In this document: positions 1-11,647 of the stretch, one piece after another
Layout: every line of letters starts with the position of its first letter
Position numbering within the stretch: position 1 is the first letter of the stretch
The notes under the pieces: generated by a model
Told to the model about the DNA's origin: nothing
Seen by the model: the letters and a program-made list of their open reading frames with translations, nothing else
The model's database searches: none
Translations under genes and position numbers: made by a program
Source: Octopus bimaculoides
Lineage: Eukaryota
Assembly: GCF_001194135.2 (NCBI RefSeq)
Contig: NC_068981.1
Coordinates: 47,994,433 to 48,038,817 of the forward strand
Direction of reading: 5' to 3'
Length of the DNA: 44,385 nt

Positions 1-68
1 TATATATATATATATATGTATATATATATAGGTATGTATATATATAAAATATAATAATAAGGGTAGAA

Positions 69-725
69 ATTGATATTAATCAAATAAAACTAGTGGTCTA
101 GCATATTGAAAAAAATTCGAAGATTAAAATTATATTAAATAAAATATAAGAGGAATGAGCAGCAAATGTGGACTCTTATATGCTAGAAATAGATGCCGAA
201 TCATCTAACCACGAAGAATATGTTCTCAGTAAAAAATTTCAGCGACGCGACAGAGTGTAAAAGGGCAAGACAAATGAAAAAATACTAAATAAAAAACGAT
301 TAACCTACGTATCATGGTTTCACCTGTTAATATTTACATAAGTAAATATCGGCAGGATCATCAGCGTAGTCTGTCGATTTATAAAATATAAATTCTAGAA
401 CTAGACACAGGACGTCCACCCGAAAGGGAGCACGTGTAGAGTTCTACATATTACATTCAGTGTATCCTTTGAAATGTCTTCAATCTGGCGCACTGAGTCC
501 GGAAATAACTTTGCAGTTAATAAATGTCTGCAGCTAATTTACCGGTTTGAGAACATCATTATTTAAAATTTAATTATAAGAGAAGACATTGATTTTAATG
601 AGTTAAAATCAGTGGTCTAGCATATTAAAAAAAAAATCGAAGATTAAAATTGTGTTACAGACAAAAATAAGAGGAATGACCAGCAAAAGTGAACTCCAAT
701 ATGCTAGAAATAGATGCCGAATCAT
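69..725 (-). mobile_element. Penelope pLTR / retrozyme-like unit: two ~136-bp direct repeats ~520 bp apart enclosing a hammerhead
   Basis: 69-204 and 588-725 are clearly homologous (agtggtctagcatatt...atgctagaaatagatgccgaatcat in both). The HHR motif at 305-369 (-) lies between them. Confidence 0.6.
305..369 (-). ncRNA. Type I hammerhead ribozyme motif, catalytic core intact
   Basis: Minus strand reads CUACG-CUGAUGA-U-CCUG-CC-GAUAUUUAC-UUAU-GUAAAUAUU-AA-CAGG-U-GAAA-C-CAUG-A-U-A-CGUAG. Stem I CUACG/CGUAG is a perfect 5 bp, stem II is extended, and helix III is minimal with a palindromic loop. Triplet is AUA. Deviations: U.U at 10.1/11.1 and C.A at 15.2/16.2. Confidence 0.7.
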
Positions 726-759
726 GATTCGGCATATTTGTAGCATATAGGAGTCCACT

Positions 760-1083
760 GTGCCAAGTCTTTTTACAGGCCTGTTATATGCAGGAGACAG
801 AGTGGGAGAGCAATACCTGTCATCAACGCAGATGTAGGAAATAGGTAAAGGAAGGGGTCAACACTTTTCAGAGAGCACGTATTCAGCATGAGGAACTTAA
901 GCATGCTGCTCGAAAGCACCCTGCTGGTGTAGTGAATGGGAAAAGCTTCGTCTGCAACGTTTGCAATTGTGTATGCTTGTCAAGAGTGGGGCTCCTTAGC
1001 CACGAATTGAGCCGCAAATACAAGACATAAGTTAGACCTAAAACGCACAATGTCCTTGAAGGTCAGTAATGATCTTCCTCGGT
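760..1083 (+). mobile_element. RTE-clade LINE, 3' end of ORF2 (pseudogene) plus start of 3' UTR
   Basis: 803-1030 translates WESNTCHQRRCRK*VKEGVNTFQRARIQHEELKHAARK...FVCNVCNCVCLSRVGLLSHELSRKYKT*. This matches the RTE/BovB-type C-terminus (W..LA.DR..W; CxxC...RxGLxSH). One in-frame stop. Confidence 0.75.
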
Positions 1084-2733
1084 NNNNNNNNNNNNNNNNN
1101 NNNNNNNNNNNNNNNNNNNNNNNNNNNNNNNNNNNNNNNNNNNNNNNNNNNNNNNNNNNNNNNNNNNNNNNNNNNNNNNNNNNNNNNNNNNNNNNNNNNN
1201 NNNNNNNNNNNNNNNNNNNNNNNNNNNNNNNNNNNNNNNNNNNNNNNNNNNNNNNNNNNNNNNNNNNNNNNNNNNNNNNNNNNNNNNNNNNNNNNNNNNN
1301 NNNNNNNNNNNNNNNNNNNNNNNNNNNNNNTATATATATATTGCAAGGGTTGTTACGCCATAAATATTAATGCAAGCACTGGCTCGCATTGTGTCTGTCT
1401 AATAATTAGTCTAATGGACGAAGATATATGTGCTGCATTTCTGTACATAGATGTGTTTGGTTACTAGAAAAGAAGTGTATGAGAGGTAAGGAAGCATTCG
1501 TACATGTATGCGTGCACGCGTGTGTGCGAGTGTATGCATATGCGGGTGTGGCTGTTTGTACACCTATGTAGCTGCCTATATCTGAATTTATGTATTTGAG
1601 TGTGAGTGTGCGCGCATATGTTTGTGTAGTAGCCATACATGACTCATTTCAAGGTCATTCTCTTGTTCGAATTTAGTTCGGTCTCAAATCTATGGAGACT
1701 GGCAAGCCATCCCGTAAAAAAATAGGGATATAATTCCTTACGAGGGTAGGGGAGGGGGAATACATGATAGGTGTGTTATGTGTATGTGTGTGGGCGTCTA
1801 CGAGATTGCTTGTGTACACAAGCGCGTGTGTGGTCTTGTGTGTGTGTGTGTGTGTTTCTTTTCTGGGTGACTCAGTACGAAAAGTTAGTGCATAAGCCTT
1901 CGTAATTTTCTACGCATGTGTGCGAGCGTCTGCGCACATGCGTGTGTGAGCGGTGTGGGAGATATCTTGAACAATAATTTTCTGTTTGCGTGTTTGCCTG
2001 TATGAGTTTCATTTATGCGTGTGTATTCCTTCTACTTTTTCTTTGTGTGCATTTAAGCACTAAGAACCTATATGAGAAGGTCTGTGAAGGCTGCACTAAC
2101 GTATTATTCGGTGCTGTATGAAGGTATCCATGTAGAGAAGGATATATGTTTGTGGGGTTGATTCTATGTATGATTATATGTATGAGTGTATGTATGTAGA
2201 GGTGGATGTATGTGTGTATATGTATGGATATATTTATGTACGAATGCATATATATGTGTGTGTGTGTGTATATGCATCTATATGTATATGTATGTAAGTA
2301 TATGTGAATGTATGTGCAAGTGTTTCTGTGTCTGTGTGTGTACATACGTTTTTAAAACAATCAGGAGAATAAATGGAAGTATTAAAGCACTGGACATAAG
2401 ATAATTAGTTGTATATTTTCCAAATATATCCCATTTATATACCATTATATTTTACTGTGATTACTGACAGGGAATAAAGTTTGTTATCGAGAGGAATCCG
2501 TATTTCTAAACTTCATGTGAATAGTATTGCTATGTTTATTTGCTATTCGTCAAAATTATCTCGTTTAAGTATTAATGCATTTCCTTATTTCTTTAAATGA
2601 TGTATAATCTGTAAATTTTATTTAGGAAGTGAAATTTAACTTTCTAATTATACAATTTGCGTTTTCTGTATATTCACATATTAATTTCATTTGTCTCCCT
2701 ATAGAATATGCACACACACACGCACACACACAA

Positions 2734-2778
<45 letters not shown>

Positions 2779-4061
2779 TACACACAAACATATATGTGTG
2801 TGTGTGAGGTTGTAAATATATACATACACATATATATNNNNNNNNNNNNNNNNNNNNNNNNNNNNNNNNNNNNNNNNNNNNNNNNNNNNNNNNNNNNNNN
2901 NNNNNNNNNNNNNNNNNNNNNNNNNNNNNNNNNNNNNNNNNNNNNNNNNNNNNNNNNNNNNNNNNNNNNNNNNNNNNNNNNNNNNNNNNNNNNNNNNNNN
3001 NNNNNNNNNNNNNNNNNNNNNNNNNNNNNNNNNNNNNNNNNNNNNNNNNNNNNNNNNNNNNNNNNNNNNNNNNNNNNNNNNNNNNNNNNNNNNNNNNNNN
3101 NNNNNNNNNNNNNNNNNNNNNNNNNNNNNNNNNNNNNNNNNNNNNNNNNNNNNNNNNNNNNNNNNNNNNNNNNNNNNNNNNNNNNNNNNNNNNNNNNNNN
3201 NNNNNNNNNNNNNNNNNNNNNNNNNNNNNNNNNNNNNNNNNNNNNNNNNNNNNNNNNNNNNNNNNNNNNNNNNNNNNNNNNNNNNNNNNNNNNNNNNNNN
3301 NNNNNNNNNNNNNNNNNNNNNNNNNNNNNNNNNNNNNNNNNNNNNNNNNNNNNNNNNNNNNNNNNNNNNNNNNNNNNNNNNNNNNNNNNNNNNNNNNNNN
3401 NNNNNNNNNNNNNNNNNNNNNNNNNNNNNNNNNNNNNNNNNNNNNNNNNNNNNNNNNNNNNNNNNNNNNNNNNNNNNNNNNNNNNNNNNNATATATATGT
3501 ACAAAGATTCATCTACACACACATACACACATAGCACAAGAAACCTGTTTATTTTAGTGTTTTGTGAAGTTGCTCTGAGCGACTTGAATAAATATGTATT
3601 CTTACATTTTACATATTTATTGTTTGTAACGTCTCAAAACTATGTCTACTAAGAAAATATGCGCATATAAAAGAGTATAATCTAAATATATCGAGAAAAA
3701 GGTATTTTAGATTATTTCTCAAGTGTGTAAATATTGCTATCTTTTTAGTCAGATGACTACGGCCAAGCTGAGGTATTAATTTCTTGTATTTTTATTTACA
3801 AAATCGGCGATCAACTTGTGGTTTATCTTTTTCTCGAGTTAAAGTTATGTTACCCGATTTTATCAGATATATATTTGTTGATGTGGATAAAAATATACAA
3901 GCAGGCGTGACACATCAGTGCGTGGACTTACACACATATACACACAGGCACACGAACGAACACACACTTACACACACATGCTTAAACATACACGCACACG
4001 CTCTATAGATATGGTGGTCAGAAGTCACATGTGTGAAAATGACGCCGAGTAAAACCCGGAG

Positions 4062-4253
4062 TGTTTACAAAATTTCGCTTGAATACGAAACCGGTAACAT
4101 TTATTGATTTAGTCATATATTAACTATAAGTACCATCATAATTTATATATATATATGTATATATATATATAAATTATGATGGTACTTATAGTTAATATAT
4201 GTCTAAATCAATAAATGTTACCGGTTTCGTATTCAAGCGAAATTTTGTAAACA
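4062..4253. repeat. 192-bp near-perfect palindrome
   Basis: 95-bp arms (4062-4156 and 4159-4253) are reverse complements apart from one T.T mismatch (4113/4202). The centre is a (TA)n tract with a 2-nt GT spacer. Confidence 0.95.
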
Positions 4254-4614
4254 AAAGGATAAAGAGAGCAAAGGTAAGGTTGAAGAATTTTATGGATAGA
4301 GTCTTACAGCTGTTTCTGGGAAGATCCAGTACTTCACTTCACCGGAGACAGAAAACAAAAAGTTATCTATTATTATATCCATAGGCGAATATTTTTAGTA
4401 TGAAGCGGTAAAGAGTGTGCTGTGCTGTAAAAAGAGAGAACAGTACTTGAAGAGTAGTTTCATTTTTTATATATTTACATATACACACGCTAATACACGA
4501 CTTATAATACCCAATCCTGTTCATACAACGATTGGGGCAAACTAATCGGTATACAGCACTTACTCGGTATTACCTGTATCCTCCGGGGTTTGGTTAAATC
4601 CAATACCCTCCTCA

Positions 4615-4692
<78 letters not shown>

Positions 4693-5240
4693 TGTGTGTG
4701 TGTATCAACACATGAAATTGAGAAATCGATGAAAATCGTATGCAACTTTGTTAAATCTTTGCCTGTGGAAGTACGTGGGTAATATGTAAACACAGAAAGA
4801 CAATTGCTCACTACACAAGAAAACTTAATTGTTTCACAATTATGTTGATCGTCCGTAAGTACTTTACTCACAGAGGAAATTCTACGCATATGAGGCTAAG
4901 GTATTTATTATTTTACGACGTAGACAATATTTTCCCTTATATTTGCTCTCTCTACACTTAAAGCTGATAAAATCAAAACATTGCACTTTAAAAAAATATT
5001 TCTTTCCTATCCTAGTTAATACCTCTCCCACCTGTCCACTGTTACATCAACACAACTAACATTTATCTGTCTTTCTTTCTGTCTTTATTTCTGTGTCTCC
5101 TTATCTCAATCTGTCTATAAATATATACAAGAGAAAACAGCAGAATAGGGATGTCTCGAAATGGGATACCTGCAGAGTTGAAGTTACCCTTCAGAGGCTG
5201 GCAATGAGCCGAACAGGGACAACCCAAATAACATTATAAC

Positions 5241-5640
5241 GGCATATCTAAATGCGGAAGACCCAAATGTAGGATATGCATCAATTTAATTGGGGGATCA
5301 GCGTTCCCCTTCAAAAAGGGACAATGTTTCACAGTGAAAAGCAGCTCCACATGTGCTTCCGAGAACCTCATATACGCAATAAATCGCTCTGGGTGTCAAG
5401 AGTAATACAGAGGCCAAACAAAAATCACTCTACGTCAAACGATGGCTCTGCACAGATCCCAGATTAAAATCTGAAAAATACCATTCAGCCAACACAACGA
5501 CATTTGCACCAATAACAAAAATCCAACTTGCAGAACTTTTCCCTTCTATCAATTCAGGGACGCTACAACCTGTAGCCAACGGATTAGTTAAGAGACTCTC
5601 TTTATTAAAACATGTACACCCTTTTTGAACGCATCTACAA
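5241..5640 (+). mobile_element. Penelope-like element (Neptune-type) Cys-rich linker plus GIY-YIG endonuclease, pseudogene
   Basis: Translates GISKCGRPKCRICINL...STCASENLIYAINRSGCQE*YRGQTKITLRQTMALHRSQI...FPFYQ...ETLFIKTCTPFLN: CxxC linker, LIY..C..C..YxGQT, H and PxLN motifs, three in-frame stops. Confidence 0.85.
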
Positions 5641-5834
5641 CAAAGGGCATTATCCACCACGACCTTAGAATAACACACACGCAAATATGAGAAATGATGC
5701 ATTGAAAAGTGATACCCAAGAATTCCTTGAAAACAGTTCCAACCACTGTTACAATCCACAACTTGCCACTTTTAGCTCACTTGACCATTTAACATCGTAC
5801 TACTATCACATCATTCCGCATTCTCTTATTATTT

Positions 5835-5897
5835 TCTCTTCTTCTTCTTCTTCTTCTTCTTCTTCTTCTTCTTCTTCTTCTTCTTCTTCTTCTTCCT
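5835..5897. repeat. (CTT)n microsatellite
   Basis: Directly visible trinucleotide run. Confidence 0.95.
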
Positions 5898-6553
5898 CTC
5901 CGCTACCTCCTTCCTGACGTATCTACTACTGCTGTTTAGAATAACACCTGCGCAGACATTATAAGCAATGCATTTAAAAGAAATACCTCAATAATTCAAT
6001 CACTACNNNNNNNNNNNNNNNNNNNNNNNNNNNNNNNNNNNNNNNNNNNNNNNNNNNNNNNNNNNNNNNNNNNNNNNNNNNNNNNNNNNNNNNNNNNNNN
6101 NNNNNNNNNNNNNNNNNNNNNNNNNNNNNNNNNNNNNNNNNNNNNNNNNNNNNNNNNNNNNNNNNNNNNNNNNNNNNNNNNNNNNNNNNNNNNNNNNNNN
6201 NNNNNNNNNNNNNNNNNNNNNNNNNNNNNNNNNNNNNNNNNNNNNNNNNNNNNNNNNNNNNNNNNNNNNNNNNNNNNNNNNNNNNNNNNNNNNNNNNNNN
6301 NNNNNNNNNNNNNNNNNNNNNNNNNNNNNNNNNNNNNNNNNNNNNNNNNNNNNNNNNNNNNNNNNNNNNNNNNNNNNNNNNNNNNNNNNNNNNNNNNNNN
6401 NNNNNNNNNNNNNNNNNNNNNNNNNNNNNNNNNNNNNNNNNNNNNNNNNNNNNNNNNNNNNNNNNNNNNNNNNNNNNNNNNNNNNNNNNNNNNNNNNNNN
6501 NNNNNNNNNNNNNNNNNNNNNNNNNNNNNNNNNNNNNNNNNNNNNNNNNNNNN

Positions 6554-6596
<43 letters not shown>

Positions 6597-6607
6597 TATA
6601 CACATAC

Positions 6608-7700
6608 ACATGGTGCGGTGAATAAATTGCCGCCTAAATTACGCAGAAATGAAAATTACACTGATATCTCATATATTTACCAAATTCACCTAAAACTATG
6701 TTGAAACGCTAAAGAGTAAATTTATTCAATAAAACCTGTTTTGGCCTCCAGACGACTTCGTAATCTCCTGAAACTCTTCTGGACGGTCTCCTTGTTCAAG
6801 TTGGTGAATACTGAAATAATCCTTGCCTTCAGTTCATGTTTGTTGTTACATGGAGATTTGTTGGTCTCTGGCTCAACTTCGCCCAACACATAATAATGAA
6901 GGAGTTTGCCATATGGGGAGGTAGGTGGCCAGATATTAGGGGTGATGTGGTAGCAGAGATTGTCTGACAGCCATGACCGGATTCTCTGCATGTGTACGAT
7001 GCTGCAGAGTCCTGTTGCCGGACAGGGCTTTCCTGCAGTCACACTCTTGACCCAGGGCAACACTACCTCCTCCAGGAAATTGATGTAGGTCTCCCGTGTG
7101 GGAAGAATAATGGCAGCATAACGTCATCATCACTAGTGATCACTCCATATATGTTTTCGGGATACGGCAAGCCAACAGTTGTTACGTGTGTTTACCATCT
7201 GATCCTGACAGAAAATTTTCTCTTCAGAGAAAACCCAAAGCATGTTCGGTTGGGAAACATACTTTAGTTTGTTCAAAAGCTTCGTAGCCATCTCCTTCCT
7301 TTTCTGCATTTTCGCATGTGATACAAACTGGCCGTTTCTCAGCATGAATGAGGAATATCGAATGGCTACTTCGTACTACCTACCTGTTAAGAAACTCAAA
7401 CATTCCATGTTCCAAGTGATGGAATTCATTGACTTGCTGGGACTGTTGAAAGTCACAGCCTGCATCTCACAAAAAAAAAAAATCACCAGTTCCTTTCTTA
7501 TCAAAACAGAGTGGGTGTTTCAAGTAGTACCATCGTAATCAATATTAGGCACATCCAACTCTTTCCAAATGCTCTGCACTGTCGTCAGATTGACACCCGA
7601 ACACTATGAAATTTAGGTATTGGGGTTTCCGGCATGACTATCAAGAAGTACAGCATGTAGTTTCCAAATTTCTGGTATAGGATATATTAACCTCATAATG
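6608..7700 (-). mobile_element. Tc1/mariner transposon, DD37D (maT)-like, degenerate transposase
   Basis: Minus-strand fragments IPEIWKLHAVLL...; MLRNGQFVSHAKMQKRKEMATKLLNKLK...WVFSEEKIFCQDQMVNTRNNCWLA; LCYHITPNIWPPTSP...ETNKSPCNNKHELKARII...RLEAKTGFIE* (stop at 6722). TIR-like end TA-CATGGTGCGGTGAATAAATTGCCGCC at ~6606-6635. Internal deletion and frameshifts. Confidence 0.85.
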
Positions 7701-8190
7701 GGATGGTTTCATCTAAAAGAAAACCTGTTTTATACCTAGCATTTTGGAAGAATGGTTTTCCTTAAAATAATAGGTATACATAAAATAATTTAGTTTGTAT
7801 GTATCTAAAAAGAAAGAAAAGAACATGGAGATTAGGATGTTGGTAATTATATATTATTAAAAGCAAATCAGTCACCTTCGCTTCTTGCAGCTGTTTCAGT
7901 TACTACTAAATAATTTAATTACAAATGTGTACGTTAAATGAATATTTATGTGACATGAGTATAAATTCAGGAGAGGAAAAATATGTACATTTAGATGTTA
8001 TATGTGAGCTTTTCAATTTATTTTAGCAGACTCACCTCACATAAATGTAAATTTAACGTACACTTTTGAAACGTATTTAAGAAATGTTGGTAATTTGTTA
8101 ATAATAAACAATTATTAACTTCATAATGTTCAATTTCTATTCTTCTTTTAATCGACAAAATTATCTTTTATATCTCTCTCTATCTTTCGC

Positions 8191-8256
<66 letters not shown>

Positions 8257-8263
8257 ATTCTCA

Positions 8264-8305
<42 letters not shown>

Positions 8306-8309
<4 letters not shown>

Positions 8310-8500
8310 GCCCCCAGACGACTTTGTAATCTCCTACTTGTTCGCTTGTGATAAAAACTGGCCGTTTGTCAGCTTGAATGAGAAATATCGAATAGCTTAT
8401 TCACACTGCCTTCCGGTTAAGAAACTCAAACATTCCCATGACCCCTTCATTGACTTGGAGAGACTGTTGTCAGTCACAGCCTGGATCTCGAAATTTGCAG
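8306..8500 (-). mobile_element. Second, internally deleted fragment of the same maT-like transposon family
   Basis: 8306-8335 matches 6741-6770, then jumps to sequence matching ~7310-7470 (gtgata.aaactggccgttt...aagaaactcaaacattcc). Confidence 0.75.
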
Positions 8501-8584
8501 AAGCACAAAAGACGAAAACAGAGACAGCTGTGTGAACCACAAGCAAGTGTATTAGTTTGACGCTCGTGAAATTGAGAAATTTGT

Positions 8585-8618
8585 TTGTGTTTCCAGCCTA
8601 CGCTCTTCATCAGAAAGG
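8585..8618 (-). ncRNA. Degenerate minimal hammerhead motif in 3' pLTR
   Basis: CUUU-CUGAUGA-A-GAGC-GUAG-GCUG-GAAAC-AC: core intact, but stem II closing pair and helix III are mutated. Confidence 0.5.
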
Positions 8619-10091
8619 AATATGAGGAAATAAACAGAGAGTGCATAACAAAAATTAACTTCTGATTCAGTGATCAATTTTGGTGACGGTTTAGCAAAAC
8701 AATAGCATGACAGTAGTGTTAGAATGAAGCGCAGATGAAAAAGCAAAGCATTCCTCTTCATTAGATGCACGTATTGTGTTGTGGAATAGTGCATATAGCT
8801 TGACGCAGCGCGCAAAGCTATGCATATCAGTACGGGTCGGAAATTCGTTAATAGATGTAATGAGGGGGATGAACAGCAGACATACTGAAAAGAGAGCGCT
8901 CCGCCTCTGGGAGAAGAAGATCAGAAGGATAAAAAGAGACAGAAGTGGGGAGGGGTGAATGAGTTAGGTGTGGGATAGTGGAAGACTGGAACGAGAGAGA
9001 TGAGTGCGTGGGGGACCGGAGTACCGGAAGATTTGGGGTGAGGAGGCAGCGAAGATTATCGGAGAGGAAGGGGTAGAGAAGGGATGGCGGATAGTGAAAT
9101 CGGATGTGACAGCATGAAGGAGCGTGTGGTGTTTATGTTGCTTAGTGCGAACGAGGACACCGTGGAAAATATGATTTAAATGGTTTATGAAGCGTAGAAT
9201 GGAATGTGCATAGGAAGATGAAAGTGAGGATGAAAAGATGGAAAAAGCGAGGGAGAGAAGATGGTTGAGGATGTGTATTTTGGAGAAATTGGTACGAATG
9301 GTGGCACGCAGGTGGTAGGAAGTAGTACGGAGTATAGGTAAGATGGCCGAAACAGTGTGGAAAGTGGGGTGGAAATGGAGGCGGAGACCTTTGGGGGATG
9401 AGGTGGTGGTGGAGGCAGCTACTAAGAAACGAAACGTGGCTAGAAAACCGTGTTTTTTTTTTTTAATAGGTAAGGAAAGATCAATAGAAGATAGGAAGCA
9501 GCGGAAAGGATGTGCGGAAAAGTGTTTCTTTAGGCGGTAGTGAAGGTCGAGAAAGAAAGATTTGGAATGCCTGCAAAAGGAGAAAAACGGTAAGAAAAAG
9601 GAAAAAGGAGAGCGAAAGGCAAAGTAATGACGTATGGAGTACAAAAGTTCAAAAAATTGAAAAGGGGTTAGAAGAAAAAAGGAGAGAAAAAGAGAAGAAA
9701 AGAAGAGTTGACGATAAGGAAAAGAAAAGGAGAGAGACGTAAAGTTACAACGTACGGAGTAACAAAAAACAGAGTAAGAGAAAACAGAAAGTTCAATAAA
9801 GTTCAAAACGAGTCATACGTCCTGGTGCTTTGAAGCGATTTTCATCAACAGAAGAGGCCAATAAAACTCATAAATATAACCAGTAGGAATCCGAGTAGAG
9901 TGCTGGTGTGTAGATCACGAGAGGTGCAGAAACTTCAGGCAGTAGTAAGTCCAAACTATAGGAGGTTAAAGCAAGGTAGACTGGTATGACTACGTAAGCG
10001 TGTAATATATAGCTGAAATAGTCAGAAAAAGAAAGCACGAAGACAGGTGTATGAGCAAGAAGCAGGTATTTTAGTTTGATGCTTGGGAAAG

Positions 10092-10130
10092 TCTTTTTAC
10101 ATTTCAAGCCTACCCTCTTCAACAGAAGGG
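10092..10130 (-). ncRNA. Degenerate minimal hammerhead motif in 5' pLTR
   Basis: CCUU-CUGUUGA-A-GAGG-GUAG-GCUU-GAAAUGUA-AAAAG; same family as 8585-8618 and 28691-28716. Confidence 0.45.
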
Positions 10131-10549
10131 AATAAGAAGAAATAAAGAGAGAGAATATAAAAACTAACTTGTGGATTTAGCGATCAATCAGTGCGACTGG
10201 TTGGGAAAAATACTTTGACAGGAGAGCTAAGGGGAAGTAATAAAGTATTGGTGATTCCAAATCGAAGGTATATAGATACAAAAAAATACACACAAACTCA
10301 CGCACGTTTTCTGCATGCTAGGAGCCATAATCATGACTTTCAGTAGGAATTAGAAGAACATTAGTCGGTCCCGTGACCTCGTCCAAATATTTCTCCAGAG
10401 TTAAGTCCCGTTTCGCAGTTTATTCGCTTCAACCCAATCCAAGCTGTTCCAGTTTTAGTTTGTTTTAGAGCATTTCTTGTTTCTTCGTTTTCTTCACAGC
10501 TGTTAGGTACTATGATTTCTTGTTTGTATTTTGCAGCTACTTTAATGAC

Positions 10550-10578
10550 CGAATTATTGGTATTATTATTATTATTAA

Positions 10579-10641
<63 letters not shown>
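10550..10641. repeat. (ATT)n microsatellite / Dong-type tail
   Basis: Visible trinucleotide run abutting an element 3' end on the minus strand. Confidence 0.9.
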
Positions 10642-10772
10642 CATGGTTCAGTAGTTTTATTTTTATAACGTGCTTTCACTTCACTACCGAGCGTAGCTCT
10701 GTGCGCCTTGGGTATGTGCTGTGGTTTGCTGTGGTGCTCTTATGGTTACTGTATTGAAAGTGTTTTGCGTTA
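10640..10772 (-). mobile_element. R4/Dong-clade LINE family A, extreme 3' end (last codons plus 3' UTR)
   Basis: Minus strand cgcaaaacactttcaatacagtaa (RKTLSIQ*) plus UTR ending in (AAT)n. Homologous to the 3' end at 15397-15520. Confidence 0.7.
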
Positions 10773-10773
10773 A

Positions 10774-10829
<56 letters not shown>

Positions 10830-10831
<2 letters not shown>

Positions 10832-11142
10832 TTATGTTTGACTTTTGTTTTGCATTTGTACAAGTTGGATCCAAGTCTCACCCAGAGACCTCGAGAGACA
10901 ACAAGTTAGAAGTTCATGTAGGTGTTATGCATAGGGTACCATATATTTGGATTTGTACAGTTTTGTTCAAGTGAATGTTTAAGAAACCATAAGAAAATTA
11001 TGTGTTTGCTTTAAAATCTGAGATCACATAGACAGTATTTTACGTAGGATATGGGCAGTTCCCATGAGCACTATCGTTTGAACTTCAGCCATTTTGGGGT
11101 TTCCTGGTATCTGAGCTAGGTAGTAATCAACCCGTTTCGCTG
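10830..11142 (-). mobile_element. R4/Dong-clade LINE family B, 3' end
   Basis: DYYLAQIPGNPKMAEVQTIVLMGTAHILRKILSM* plus ~190-bp UTR running into (AAT)n at 10772-10830. The UTR is near-identical to 13166-13346. Confidence 0.8.
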
Positions 11143-11144
11143 TC

Positions 11145-11647
11145 ATTCCCTTTACACAGCTTCTAACGCTGAAGATTTACTGCGGTGTCACTGCCAGTGA
11201 ACTGAGGTAACACCTCTTATTTTTCGAGCACCTTCCGGAGTATTCCAACGGGTCTATGCAGTGTTGTTTGCTGCGAGTGCTCTACCCTTATTGTAGCTCC
11301 TATTTGTTTTATGTGCTTCTCAAGATTTTTACTCACTCTTCCGAGGTACCGACAATTATTGGTAGTATGCTACATTTTTCATCGACCATAACTGCTTAAA
11401 TTCACAAGCTAACCTATCATATCTCTCGACATTACTTTCTTCCTTATCGCATACCTTGTCAGCTGGGCATGCTATATCAATGATCCAGCATAGTTTCCTT
11501 TCTTTCCCAATCAAGACTATGCCGGCTTCCTATTCTCTATCTCATGGTTGCATTGAATCATAAAATCCCACAGGATCTTTGCATTATCAGTTTCGATTAT
11601 GCCTTCGGGTTTCTGGTTGTATCAATATTGTCACTATCGAGCCCATA

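Larger units (their letters stand above)
8500..10300 (-). mobile_element. Internally deleted Penelope-like element: 5' pLTR, N-terminal ORF part, 3' pLTR
   Basis: ~9570-8790 (-) encodes LHYRLKKHFSAHPFRCFL...SPKGLRLHFHP...LRFINHLNHIFHGVLVRTKQHK...INEFPTRTDMHSFARCVKLYALFHN, a PLE N-terminal pattern. Homologous terminal repeats at ~10260-10020 and ~8700-8520 each carry a degenerate HHR. No RT or EN sequence is present. Confidence 0.7.

Noticed and set aside
3555-4900. Plus-strand microexon series (e.g. 3749-3772 SDDYGQAE, 4238-4273 RNFVNKRIKRAK, 4874-4900 RKFYAYEAK)
   Set aside because: One overlaps the palindrome arm, and another gives an equally good microexon on the opposite strand. The signals are not distinguishable from chance in AT-rich DNA.
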